DNA of 25,363 nt from a virus (taxonomy: Duplodnaviria; Caudoviricetes). The DNA lies in IMG/VR virus record IMGVR_UViG_3300027656_000550, positions 1 to 25,363 of that record; one strand, given 5' to 3'. Under the pieces are notes generated by a model. The model was not told where the DNA came from. It did not search any database and was given only the letters and a program-made list of their open reading frames with translations. The translations under genes were made by a program, and so were the position numbers. Positions 24,831 to 25,363 of the stretch are shown here, piece by piece; positions within the stretch are counted from its first letter, which is position 1, and the number at the start of each line of letters is the position of its first letter.

Positions 24831-25363
24831 ATGAACATTGAAAAGTCTTTATGGACCTCTAACGGCAACGTTATTAATCTGTCGGTACCTTTTACTAAGG
24901 TTAACCGTGAAAAGAGAACCGTATCTGGATTTGCAACCCTAGACAATGTTGATCAGACTGGTGATGTTGTAACAGCAGAATCAAGTCTTAAAGCATTCGA
25001 AAGTTTCCGTGGAAACATTCGTGAAATGCATGGATCAAATGCGGTAGGCAAGATGGTTTCATTTAGACCAGAAAGCTTCTATGACCCAAAAGCAAAAGAA
25101 TTTTTTAACGGAGTTTATGTAGATGCATACATTTCAAAAGGCGCTCAGGACACCTGGGAAAAAGTTTTAGACGGAACTCTATCAGGATTTTCAATCGGCG
25201 GAAAGATTCTTGAGTCCGATAACGAAGTTAACAAGGCGAACGGTAAGACCGTAAGATTTATTAAGAACTATGAACTAATTGAACTTTCTATTGTTGATTC
25301 ACCAGCAAATGAACTTTGTAACATTCTTTCTATTCAGAAAGTAAATGGACAATACATTGCTAA
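24831..25363 (+). CDS. HK97-type prohead (capsid maturation) protease, 3'-truncated by the window edge; absent from the ORF track
   Basis: Manual translation is open to the window end: MNIEKSLW...KRTVSGFATLDNVDQTGDVV...IREMHGSNAVGK...TWEKVLDGTLSGFSIGG...YELIELSIVDSPAN, showing the catalytic His (REMH), Ser (GFSIG) and the ELSIV.PAN motif. Confidence 0.92.
   Translation, partial: MNIEKSLWTSNGNVINLSVPFTKVNREKRTVSGFATLDNVDQTGDVVTAESSLKAFESFRGNIREMHGSNAVGKMVSFRPESFYDPKAKEFFNGVYVDAYISKGAQDTWEKVLDGTLSGFSIGGKILESDNEVNKANGKTVRFIKNYELIELSIVDSPANELCNILSIQKVNGQYIA

Overview
All credible genes in this window lie on the + strand, the sequence is AT-rich, and the genes are tightly coupled. It reads as the virion-structural region of a large tailed dsDNA phage, not a bacterial chromosome. 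An actinobacterial host is inferred from leaderless-type promoters, a PASTA-like protein and a U-less hairpin. Order: (1) 3' part of a 2OG-Fe(II) oxygenase, then a PASTA-like protein with a Pro/Tyr tandem repeat; (2) three large fibre/structural genes; (3) two parallel appendage cassettes (7739-14793 and 14917-20996) that begin with paralogous N-terminal domains and reuse connector, chaperone and tip modules; (4) a LamG protein, a small gene, the portal, and the 5' part of an HK97-type prohead protease missing from the ORF track. The most unusual element is an enzyme block in the first cassette, directly after a beta-propeller gene: two unknown genes, a peptidase-U32-like Fe-S protein fused to a class I SAM methyltransferase, a DUF6065-like protein and a DUF401-like membrane protein. 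No terminase, tRNA, CRISPR array, integrase or reverse transcriptase is visible. All family assignments come from recognising motifs by eye, not from database searches.
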